Shown here in pieces: positions 28,085 to 38,600 of a DNA stretch of 64,000 bases. The translations under genes and the position numbers were made by a program. The stretch spans positions 2,294,001 to 2,358,000 of the forward strand of contig NW_026889757.1 of assembly GCF_033153115.1 (NCBI RefSeq), in the 5' to 3' direction. Origin of the DNA: Saccostrea echinata. Its lineage: Eukaryota. Below the pieces are notes generated by a model. That model did not search any database, was not told the DNA's origin, and saw only the letters and a list, made by a program, of their open reading frames with translations. Positions within the stretch are counted from its first letter, which is position 1, and each line of letters opens with the position of its first letter.

Positions 28085-29255
28085 ATTTACCCCACGCAAC
28101 AAGTTGCGTGGGGTATAATGTTTTTGACCCGTTCGTCAGTCTGTCAGTCCTGCTTTTTTGTCAGCGCAACTCCTCTTAAACCGCTGCACAAAATTTCGTC
28201 AAACTTTGCAGATATTTAGGACACAGTGTGCAGATGTGCATATTGCCAGGAAATTCCGATTCCTTATTTTTGCTCTTAATTAGAGGCTTCGCTATAATTG
28301 AAGAAAATTTCCAGCTAGGTAATAAGGAAATCCACTGGAATCAACACACACACACAAAATCTATGATAGAAGTACACAAAAAGTTCTCAACACCCCCCCC
28401 CCCCCTTTCAAATTAGTGCTTTGTCTTAAATAATTTCATAAGTACAGTATATAAACAAATTTATTTGACTACATCATAATTTTGTTTCCATCAATTATTT
28501 TAATGTGTAAATTGTCATACGTTGGACATGGACTTGCAGTCATTAACAAATCGAAATCACTGCATGAGAAATTTAAATAACAGTTTGTCAGCATATCTCC
28601 TGCACTGAATTTCATGAAACTTTGTAGGTATTTCAGACGTAATGTGTAGATTTGTATATATACATACTAAGAAATTTTGATTTCATTATTTATCTAGAAA
28701 CTTCAGCTCAATTAAATTTGTAACATACAAAGATTTGAATGTCCTTATATGCAAGAAGTTTTGATGTGATGTTTTTTTTTTTTTAAAGTAATGCCCCTTT
28801 TTGAATTATACATGTACTGTGTATTTAAAGTGCACCTTGCCATTCATTTAAACAATAAAATGCTTTCTTTGGTTGTTAGTACGGGAATTAATGTTGCAGC
28901 TGTTGCAGAAAAAGTGCATAACCCGCGTAAGCAATAGCTGCAACATTAATTCTCGTACTGACAAAGAAAGAAAGGCATTTAATTGTTTATATTTATATCT
29001 GTGCAAATATTCATTCAAAATATAATCAAGAAGATGAAATAGTGATTTATTGATATGCACGTCATTAATTGTCCGTTTTATTGATGGAACAGCCACTGCT
29101 CCAGAAATATGCTTAGTGGTGGTTACGGACTGATGAACGGCAATGGTCTTCTTAAGAAATAAAGAAGATAATATTCAGTAGATGTAAATATTATGTGTTG
29201 CATTGTCAAGTTTTGGGGGAGCGTGAGGTATGTGAGCTTGCTCACTTTTTCTTTC
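28085..29255 (-). mobile_element. Degenerate HINE-like element of another family
   Basis: Terminal palindrome ACCCCACGCAAC-AA-GTTGCGTGGGGT followed by (GTCA/GTCT)n and two to three decayed internal repeats (AATTTC.T.AAACTTTG). The right boundary is approximate. Confidence 0.55.
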
Positions 29256-29837
29256 ATTTTTAAATCATAAGTATTTCTTGTTACAGTTTAAATGATGGCT
29301 TTCATGTTTTCGAGGATTATTGTTTAAACCTCAAAATAATTGATGGAGAAAGGGGGATGGAGATATATTCCATGAAAAGGTGCCTCATATGATAATGTCA
29401 CGTAGTTTAGCTGAAGTAGCTGTAGTATGACTGAAGTAATCTTCAGTTATCACTCCTCTAAAATTGTCAAATCTTTTTAAATACAACGTACTTATAAGGT
29501 AATGCATTACTGAAAAACAAAGAAAAAAAAATCATCATACTCATTTAGTAAGGTTTTGAATAGAGGAATTGATCCAGAAGAGTTACTTCTTGAACAGCAT
29601 TTTTTTTCTAGCTAATGTACAATTGATTCTTAAATATGAGTATACTTATGTTTACAGAAAACCGTAATTCAGATAATAGTCCATTACAAATAAAAAAAAC
29701 TGATATACCTTTAAAATTGTTTCTATACAAGGAAGTCGAATATTTCCAGTGTTTTTACTGAGTGGTCCAAAAATAATATAATCTTGGACCAGTTCTGAGG
29801 TATTGAACCGCTATGACGGTATTTTAGGCCACATTTA

Positions 29838-30494
29838 CAGGGTTGTGGTTAACTTTTGAAACCTTAGGGGCCATGTGGACTCCTAACTTTTCAAATTTTA
29901 CGGGCCCACAATGTGATCCACGGGCCCACATTATATGTAAATTAAAAATAAGAACACAAAAATCCTATTTTTTTTGTAGTATCTATATGTTCGCAGAATA
30001 TGGATTTTCGTCACGTTTTCTCTTTTCTAAAAACTTTGATCCGATAATATGTTCATTACATTTTGTAGTATTTAACCTTAACTTATACAACTGAAGCGTC
30101 TATGGTTTAACAAGGGGCATCTATCTGTGAATAACTAGTCGAATGGCGAGTGTGACAACCATAGCTGATTGTTACAATATTTCTATTAGAACAATCTCAA
30201 ACATTTGCTCTCGTATCATCAGATTTAACGGAGATTTAACCGCTTCGGTAAATCGCCATGTTTGATCTCAGTCACGTACATGTTTGAGTAATATGCTTGT
30301 ACGCAACACAAATAATCTAAGTTAGTAGAGCGTTTTCTTAAAAAAACTGAAAGTACATAAAATAAAACTGAAATGTGAGTATGTTCCAGTGAAAAAATCG
30401 TTCGCCATGTGGGCGACCAGATTTTTAATATCTAGTCGCCCACCGCAAATTTTACTCGCATTTGCGAGTGGGCGAGTGGTTATCCACAACCCTG
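29838..30494. mobile_element. hAT-like MITE with 5-bp TSD
   Basis: TIRs CAGGGTTGTGGTTAAC / GTTATCCACAACCCTG; direct repeat ATTTA at 29833-29837 and 30495-30499. Confidence 0.78.
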
Positions 30495-30582
30495 ATTTAA
30501 TTTGCATCGGTAATTCTCAAATATGCGAGATTCAGCAAGTTACATGTATATAAAAGTGTTCCACAGATACATAAAAGATCTA

Positions 30583-30877
30583 GTCGTCCGCGTGGCGCAG
30601 TGGTTAGAGCGTCTGCTCTAGAGTCGCGGAGTAAGGAGTTGATCCTTACGTCGCGGGTTCGAATCCCATTGTGGACGTGGAGACCGGTCTTTCGGATGAG
30701 ACCGTATAAACCGAGGTCCCGTGTCGCAGTAGGTGCTGGCACGAAAAAGAACCCTCACTGCTCAATGGCCGTAAGTGCCGAGTATAGGACAAAATTTGCA
30801 GCTCTCCACCGGCAAGTGGTGCCGTCTCCATATGAGTGAAAAATTCGAGAGAGGGACGTTAAACAACATACAAACAA
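30583..30877 (+). mobile_element. Full-length tRNA(Leu-like)-derived SINE with Deu-like core
   Basis: tRNA-like head 30586-30677 (A box TGGCGCAGTGG, B box GGTTCGAATCC), core GTCTTTCGGATGAGACCGTATAAACCGAGGTCCCGTG, (CAAA)n-like tail; 14-bp TSD ACATAAAAGATCTA at 30569-30582 and 30878-30891. Confidence 0.92.
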
Positions 30878-31034
30878 ACATAAAAGATCTATAGAAACAT
30901 GCTTTGATTGAGACCATCAAAATGCATGAAATATGGAGATAACGAACAGTAATCAAGCTCAAAAGTCCATTGAAAAAGAAGAATGTTATCCCTCCAATCC
31001 AGTCAATAATTTGAATAAATTTATATATAATTCA

Positions 31035-33506
31035 CTATGATAACTCCAAAACTTTATGCTTTCCATAAACAACGAATATGGACCCTACGTTTTCAACCAG
31101 CACTCGAGGACGATAAAACAGCTGCACATGTGGTACAATCAGCTGTTTGAGTTCTCCCTCAGGAGAGAGTTTATGGATGTTGTTAGATTTGTACCCAGCG
31201 ACATAAATATTGCCATCCCTGTCGGTGGCAATGCCCCTCGGAAACGTCAACTCCGGATGGTCGTACTGGAACACGATTGCCCCAGCATTGGTAATGCAAT
31301 AAAATGAACCGTTGTTGCAGGAATCGGAGTAATATATCCGGTTTTGATCCGCTGGATGAACGGTTTGAACTTTCTCTCCAGTCACATGAAGTATTGATTT
31401 TCTTTTCATTGTTAGATCGTCTTCAACTATCCAAATCTCCAAATGTTTTAAGCAAGCCACAATGACAATGTTTCCAACGTTGGTGATGCCATAACATTCA
31501 TGCTTCGTCAAGTGGAGCTGTTGAAAAACTACAGCATTGTCCCACTGAAGGAGCACTATCTTTCGCTGTTGTGGAAAGGTTATTACCAGAGAGTAGCCAT
31601 CTCGGTCAGTAGGAACTTCTACAAGATCCCAAGGATTCCCTTGTAAATGGTGAATATTGAGCGAGTTATCACGATTTCCATTGTCATAGTAGGCCCGAAT
31701 TTCGCGGCTGATATAGTCAGCCAAGACCAAGCGCCCTTCGATTACTGTGGCACCGGTGATTGTGCTACTCTGAAACCTAATGACAAGAAATCCTTGTTTT
31801 AACTTCATGTGAAGAGCTTCCGACCTAGGTGTTGGCTGAGGAGATTGTAGTTCCAGTTTTCTCCAACTACCAGAGCCTGGTACGTACGGAACTTCTGGTT
31901 TGATCTTGGTGTGCATTTCGACAACGCTCCCCATGGAATCCAGTTGAACGATGATGTCATTAAATTCAACGTGAATTGAACTATTTTGCATGATTAATGT
32001 TCTGTGGTGCATTTTCTCTGCTAAAATGTTAGACTGCTGTCCTATACCTGGCAGCTCAATAAATAATTGCACCCCTATTCCTTCGTTCAGTAATAGCTCA
32101 AGCAGACTCTGGTAAAATAAAAGCGTTTCTCTCTTCTTCTCAAAGATTCCGATCTCAGTTTGAATTTCGAACTCTTTCTCTTTCTGTTTCAGAGTCAACT
32201 CATCCATTAGTTTCTTTTCCAAATTATTGAAATGGTTTGAAACTCTCATCCTCAAGGCTGTGATAGCATCCTCATCGTTTTTGCGATAACTTAACAGATC
32301 GGATAGATTTTCGCCTAGTTTGTCTAGCATGTCCACAGATTTCTTTTCCAAATCTTGCAGTTTATCTTTTAATTCTTGTGCGTATTCGCTCTTTCGAAGT
32401 TCCTCTGCTTCAGAATCGGCAGTGACCAAACCCGGACATTCACGATGATAGTTTTTCCTGCATGTGTCACAAACCGCGACATCATGGTCCTCACAGTAAA
32501 ACTTAAGTTTCTGAAGAGAGTGAACTTCACAGAATCCTGGCGAGTACGCTGAATCGACGTCGTTGGAAACGTCCTTGATGCTTCTAACTCGGTGAACATC
32601 ACGTGAGGTCAGGTTGTTGTGGTAGGCAGCATGATCATTACAGAGGGACTCCGTGCAAAAATAACACCAGAATTCTGATGTTGTCGTTTTTCCATCTTTT
32701 GCGCAGGGAATGCACTTCTTTATATTCCTTCTAGCGACAATATTCAAAATAAAGTGATTGGTCGGCAGTAAATGAGCGACTTCTTTAGGAGGAACAGTTG
32801 ATCTTCTTCCAGGTTGAAATTCTTTACAAACTGGGCAGCGGATACGAAACGATTTTGCATTTCCTTGACTTTTCCGGAAGTAATCCCCAATGCAACTTTC
32901 ACAAAACGTATGCAAACATGGAAGATACTTTGGTATGGAAAACTCCTTTTTGCAAATCGGACAGATTGTTATGTCTCCATCATACTTATAAATGTCTTCC
33001 TCGCTCTCTGGAAGATACTGACGGTAGTTTCGCTCTGGTTGAGGCGGGCGAATTTTTGCACTAATTTGCTCCTTGTCCTTCTTAATTTGTTTCTTATCCT
33101 CTCTCATTTGGGTGTCACCGGTGTTTGAGTCTCCATTCCCTTTATCTATACCTACATCAAGCACTGTTTGGTTGCCGTTGGGTTTTAATATGTTGTTACT
33201 CTTTTCAGATGCATTGTTACTCAGCTTTAAGGACAGTTTAGATCCAATTTTTTCCTCGGGTTTCAGAGACTTTTCCGAGTCATTCCCCTTTTCAGACTTC
33301 GTGTTACTCAACGTTGATTTATTTCGTCCATCTTCTTTCTTCTTGCCCACACTGGGTAAAGTCAACTCTTGTAACCCAGCATTTGATTTAGGTCCATCGT
33401 CTTGACCGTGTTGACTTTCTTTTTCTCGATCAAAAGACCCTTCTCCTTTGATGACTTGATCTGGCGGTTTGGAATCTTGGACCTCAACGCTGACCGTACC
33501 AGACAT
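31035..33506 (-). CDS. Intronless tripartite-motif E3 ubiquitin ligase (RING, two B-boxes, coiled coil, NHL-like beta-propeller; 823 aa)
   Basis: Single ORF with first ATG at 33506. RING CPIC..PCLHTFCESC..CPVC; B-box CIPC..WCYFCTESLCNDH..H..H; B-box CEVH..YCEDHDVAVCDTC..HREC; heptad-rich segment; C-terminal repeats such as FPRGIATDRDGNIYVAGYKSNNIHKLSPEG. Confidence 0.9.
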   Translation of the reverse strand: MSGTVSVEVQDSKPPDQVIKGEGSFDREKESQHGQDDGPKSNAGLQELTLPSVGKKKEDGRNKSTLSNTKSEKGNDSEKSLKPEEKIGSKLSLKLSNNASEKSNNILKPNGNQTVLDVGIDKGNGDSNTGDTQMREDKKQIKKDKEQISAKIRPPQPERNYRQYLPESEEDIYKYDGDITICPICKKEFSIPKYLPCLHTFCESCIGDYFRKSQGNAKSFRIRCPVCKEFQPGRRSTVPPKEVAHLLPTNHFILNIVARRNIKKCIPCAKDGKTTTSEFWCYFCTESLCNDHAAYHNNLTSRDVHRVRSIKDVSNDVDSAYSPGFCEVHSLQKLKFYCEDHDVAVCDTCRKNYHRECPGLVTADSEAEELRKSEYAQELKDKLQDLEKKSVDMLDKLGENLSDLLSYRKNDEDAITALRMRVSNHFNNLEKKLMDELTLKQKEKEFEIQTEIGIFEKKRETLLFYQSLLELLLNEGIGVQLFIELPGIGQQSNILAEKMHHRTLIMQNSSIHVEFNDIIVQLDSMGSVVEMHTKIKPEVPYVPGSGSWRKLELQSPQPTPRSEALHMKLKQGFLVIRFQSSTITGATVIEGRLVLADYISREIRAYYDNGNRDNSLNIHHLQGNPWDLVEVPTDRDGYSLVITFPQQRKIVLLQWDNAVVFQQLHLTKHECYGITNVGNIVIVACLKHLEIWIVEDDLTMKRKSILHVTGEKVQTVHPADQNRIYYSDSCNNGSFYCITNAGAIVFQYDHPELTFPRGIATDRDGNIYVAGYKSNNIHKLSPEGELKQLIVPHVQLFYRPRVLVENVGSIFVVYGKHKVLELS

Positions 33507-34160
33507 AATCACTCCAGTCTATGATTTACGAGTGCGTGCAGCTTTCCACTACATCGAGAATGTTATTTCTTCAAAAAAAGTATCTTGTTACATAAGTATT
33601 GACGTACTATGGCATTTTTTGTTTCATGTACATAGAGAGAAAGATTTTAATGATAAAATATTATCTGTCGACAGAAGATACGAGAAAAACAAAGCCCTCT
33701 TTAAATTCAGCAGGTACTGCATTGTGAAATGATTGTATAGATGTCTATGTTGACAGGTCGAACAACCAGATCGTTTCTTAAATGTCTTATTATGATCGAC
33801 ATTTGGTCCTTTAGTTTTACCCATGATCTATACATGTACTTAAAAAAAAACACCACGAAATGTGCATTTAAAAGAATCGTTTTCCTATATGTTACTTGTT
33901 TAAGGATAAATAACACATTTTTTTTTCAGAAATCAGCAATAAATTAAATAGATTTTTTTTCTTTAAATAAGTTGTATAATGTTTGCCAGAGTAAGTCGAA
34001 ATTTTGTATAATGTTATAATAATTTTAATAATGTGCGGAAATATTTGTGTAGGTTTATAAAGAATATGGCACAAAGTTGCATATTTAAATACCAACGAAA
34101 ACTTACAATTTCATAATATTTTAGGGATTCATTATTCTAGTAATCTCTGTTCAAATCAGT

Positions 34161-34163
<3 letters not shown>

Positions 34164-34240
<77 letters not shown>
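34164..34240. repeat. (AT)n microsatellite
   Basis: Uninterrupted AT run of about 38 units. Confidence 0.95.
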
Positions 34241-34243
<3 letters not shown>

Positions 34244-34500
34244 CAGGCATCAATTTTATTTGTTTCTTTGTGTTACATATTGTATGAATCCTTATGTTTA
34301 AAAAGGTCCACCCCACCCCCAATTTTACATGTAAATACTAGTAGGTTAAGAAATTTCAACTGTCCATATAGAGCAATGTATACAAATCAACGTTTGAAAA
34401 GTTGAAATGCGGTTTTACAAAAAAAATATTTGTTGTTTTCGTTTAATTGTATTAAACAAAATTCGCCTTAGAGATAAATTATTGAAAGGGAAAATTACGA

Positions 34501-35219
34501 CTGCTAAAGAAAGAGGGAGTACACGGCGAGGACAATCCCCCGCTCTGAGACAATATATTTCTCAATTTTCAAAGTTTACGGAAAAATTGTATTTTTCTAA
34601 AATTCTAAAATTTATGTTGTCATTTATGTAATCTTCAACACATTTGATGCATTTATTTTATTAAATGACTTATTGATTGATAATTTTTTTTAAGTTGACA
34701 GTTAAGAAAATGGTTATGGGTTGGGAAATGGGTATATTGGAGCCATAAAAATGATTTTTGAATATGAATGGGTAAAGTCTCCATTCTACACTAACGTTTG
34801 AATGACGGAAAAGTAAATGTAAAATTTTATTTTATGTTTTAAAAAAAATGGAGTCTGAACTCATTCTATACGAAAACATTTCTGAAAAAAATATATGTTT
34901 CAACAAATTCGTTTATCTATAGCACATTGACACACATCGATGACAAGAAGACGTCGTAGCATAGTGGTTAAGGCTTTGGAGGGAGTTCGAATCATGTCTA
35001 AAGCTTTTTTTTCTTTTCACATATCTTGAAAGCACTAGTGAAAAATGAATTATTTATCATAAGTTATTCAAAAATATAAATGAAGCAAATGTGTAAAAGA
35101 TCGAATGACAAAACAATTTTTGAAAAATATAACTTTTCATGAACTTTTTGAACTGAGGAAGGTTTTTTTCTCAGAGCGGGGGATTGTCCTCGCCTGGGAC
35201 ACTTCATTCTTTTTGTCAG
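34501..35219. mobile_element. MITE with internal tRNA-box remnant
   Basis: Inverted repeat core GGCGAGGACAATCCCCCGCTCTGAGA at 34525-34550 and 35169-35194, with weaker similarity extending outward and inward. Confidence 0.7.
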
Positions 35220-35695
35220 ACGCATGACAGAGTGTAACGATAAACTACTTCTCTATCTGTTTCTAGTGTCTGAACTTCAACATGGCGCCCATTTGCAGAC
35301 GATCGACAAAGACATGTTCCACAAAGTTTTGTTTTTATTTCGACATTCAAAATTCAGCACAAAAGTAAGCTACGTGGCCATTTGGAACAACCATGATTCA
35401 GAATTACATTTGAAAACTAACGAATGACTTTCTTCAGGAACACAAAGACAGCGCTTAAGCCCAAAAATTCGAACCTACCAAATTATTACATTACATACAG
35501 TGCTTCAAGTTGAAATGTACTTTGTAACAAAATAAAAATGTAGCTATCGAGGTCTTACTTCGATCATTATGTATTTCAAGACCTGTCTAGAAATAAACTT
35601 TAAATACGATATGTACATGTACACAAGTAATTTCTAATGTCAGTACATGATAAATTAGTCAACACATGGACGGCTGCAACCTTAAGAATCATAGG

Positions 35696-38600
35696 CTAAG
35701 AGTCATTCAAATATTCCAAGAAACTCCCTATGGACGGAAGATCAACATCGCCTTTTTGATGCGTACCTCGTCTGTTTCGTGGATTTTCCACGATTTTCAT
35801 GTGAATAGAGGCCTCGATATCGTATTCCACTCTTTCGTCAGGACAAAATCTATGAGGCATGGCACAGGATGGCCCTGCAATGGTTGTGATAGCAATGTTA
35901 CTTGCATTTTGAAAAACTCCAAAATTACTCCCTTGAGGAGAGAAATGTGAATTTTGTTCGGATGCATTGCATCGGACGGAAAACTTGACTCCTCTATCCG
36001 GTTTCACGCATCCGTTCGAAAAATACTGGTTTTGCACATGACTTATAGGTAGATTATGGTAATTAGCAAATCCAGCACTATTTTGGCTTCTGTCGAACTG
36101 ATCTGGCAAGGTTTGCATTGGTTGATGAACACATGTTAAATTCGTTGGGTTGTGACCCTGTTGGGGATAAATATGTTGGTTGAAAGAATAATTTGCTACT
36201 TTTTGGGGAGAATATGGCGGCGAAGGAGGAAAATTATAAACGTTAACATTGGGTGGCCCAGCGGAATAATTTGGCGGCACTGCTGCATTCCATTGTTGCT
36301 GAGGGGTTTGTTCCATAGGGTTGAATAACATGCTGTTGGGGTAGTTCATCGTATGACCACAGGTTGTGTAAAAATTTTCCTGTGGTTCCGCCTTTATCAT
36401 TTGAGTTCCGTTACTGCATGGTTTAAAGGTCGTAAAAGAATCGACAGATGATGCAACATACTGCTGGCAAGAGTTTTGCACTGGGTTGTACATACTGTAC
36501 TCGGATTTTATCACAGTCTTCTCTATCTGTTGTCGTCGCTTGAATTCCTGAAACTGCAGTTGCTTTTCACGTTGTGTGATTTTGTGTGCAACATGCGTGG
36601 AGGGCAACACTGGGGAATGACGGTCTGACATCATATGCCAGCTTGATGGACAGGTTACCAGTGGTGTATAAAAAGAGAGTGACACGTCTTCAGTAAATCC
36701 CATATGTGGAGTGCAGAAGTTACTGACTTTCTGCATCCCATGAATGTCTTCATTGTGGTTTTCGGGGTCGGATCTATGGCCACCATTACTATAGTGGCCA
36801 TTTTGTAGAAAGAATTGAAGGTCGCCTATGGCGTATCGGTGACGAAGTGCTGTTTCTTGCTGTAAAAATGTACTGTCCTCCACTCTACAACAAGAAATAA
36901 ACACTTTATTAGAAAATAATTGTTTTTGATCTAAAAAAAAAAAAACATTAAAAAAGCATCCGTTTACCTGACGGGACAGTGCGTGAACACGATGGAAAAT
37001 TTCTTGGAATTTTTGCTGATGACCTTTCCCCTGCTGTGCAGCCAAACCCACTTCCCATTCCGAGTCTCGATGCGGAAGTACATCGTTTGTACCTCGGTGC
37101 TATCCATTACTGAAAGAATGGTTCTTATTAACACAAGTAATACATTAACATTATATTAGAATAAAAAAAATTACACTATCCTTACGTACATGTTTTGTGA
37201 CAAGCAGCAAAAGTCACAAGGTCTTCAGGGTGGACATATTTGTAGAGTGTGACCTCATTAAGTTCATCAGCGTTGTATCCAATTATGTCGGATGCTCTTT
37301 ATAGAATAAAAATAAAAACATTCCCAATCATTTTAATGTTTATTTATGAACAGGACATCGGGAATAATAAAACGATTGCAACTTGTGTAGAATCATCATA
37401 CTTCTTATCCAGTTCTCGAATGGTAAGGTCCATATCATGCTTACTCCAGAAGACATTTTGTTTGACGTCATTAGTGAGGTCGTTTCCGGTCAACATAAAT
37501 GGCTGACAGAAGAGCAGCATGATGTGAGGCTGGTTTCGACTATTTTTCAGTGAAAATTCCGGAATATCTTCAATTTTCCCAGAGCAGTGAATTTTCTTTA
37601 AGAAAGGAAAAACAATCATCCATTAGGCTACTGAAGGTTAAGAAAGATAGTAAAATCGACACTTTAGGGGTTCTGAAGGAATTTAGAAGATCTTACCAGG
37701 TAACCAGCAGAAGTACCATTAAAACACTTCATTCGACAAACAAATGATATATTCACAGTCTTTGACTGGAAATTATCTGAAATCTAATAATAAAACTTTA
37801 TTCATGATATTATACAGCACTGAGTTATTCTTGAAAGTTTCAGTTATTCCAGGGACCTATATAGTAGTATAATATATAGGTCCCTGGTTATTCTTTCTTG
37901 AAAAAAAATATTACCGGGTATGTGAATGTACATGTGAAGCGAGTATTTGAAATCGGCAATATAAAACACTTTATTCACCTGTGTAACGGAAGTGATGTGT
38001 CGCTCTAAAACATTTTTCATATTGTCGTGATCATCTGGATGTACAATGCCGTACAGACAACGATGCATCAAATCCACCTGAACGTATAAAAATTACTTAT
38101 ACGCATGAATAGCATGGAATTAAGAGATGGTAATGTTTTCTCTGGGATAAATTCATAGGAATTTTGCATCGTATTTGTTAAATTAAGTTATATATCAACG
38201 AGGGTATTCAATGTATGAAAATTATTTCATGAGTGGGTCAAGATTTTTATATATGTTCTACGAGTGCGAAGCACGAGTAAAAACATTTTTGAAAATTCAT
38301 ATTTCAGGAGTGAAATAATTTCATATCCAACCACAGAACATTGAATTTTCTTGGTTTTTTTTTACTCCTACCTTTTCGTATTTTATCATAAGATATGACG
38401 TCATAACAGCGGTTGTGAGACGCAATATTTAGCTATTGAAATAGGCCCTAATTACAACAATTTGGACAAACTTTGGCAGTTTTATCTGTGTTAGGATGGT
38501 TTATTTACCTTTACATCTTATAACGGGAAGTGTGTTCTGTATAGCACTCTTTATGAAGGGCTGGAAATCTCAAGTTTTGCCGCACTTTTGATATTTCTAT

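Noticed and set aside
30586-30677. Genuine tRNA-Leu or amber suppressor tRNA gene
   Set aside because: 9-nt anticodon loop, T-stem mismatch and no T-run terminator; it continues into a SINE core and is bounded by a 14-bp TSD.
35696-37051. 451-aa ORF as a stand-alone gene
   Set aside because: It is the last exon (36884-35696) of the bHLH-PAS gene; its first ~55 codons are intron and out-of-frame exon 9.
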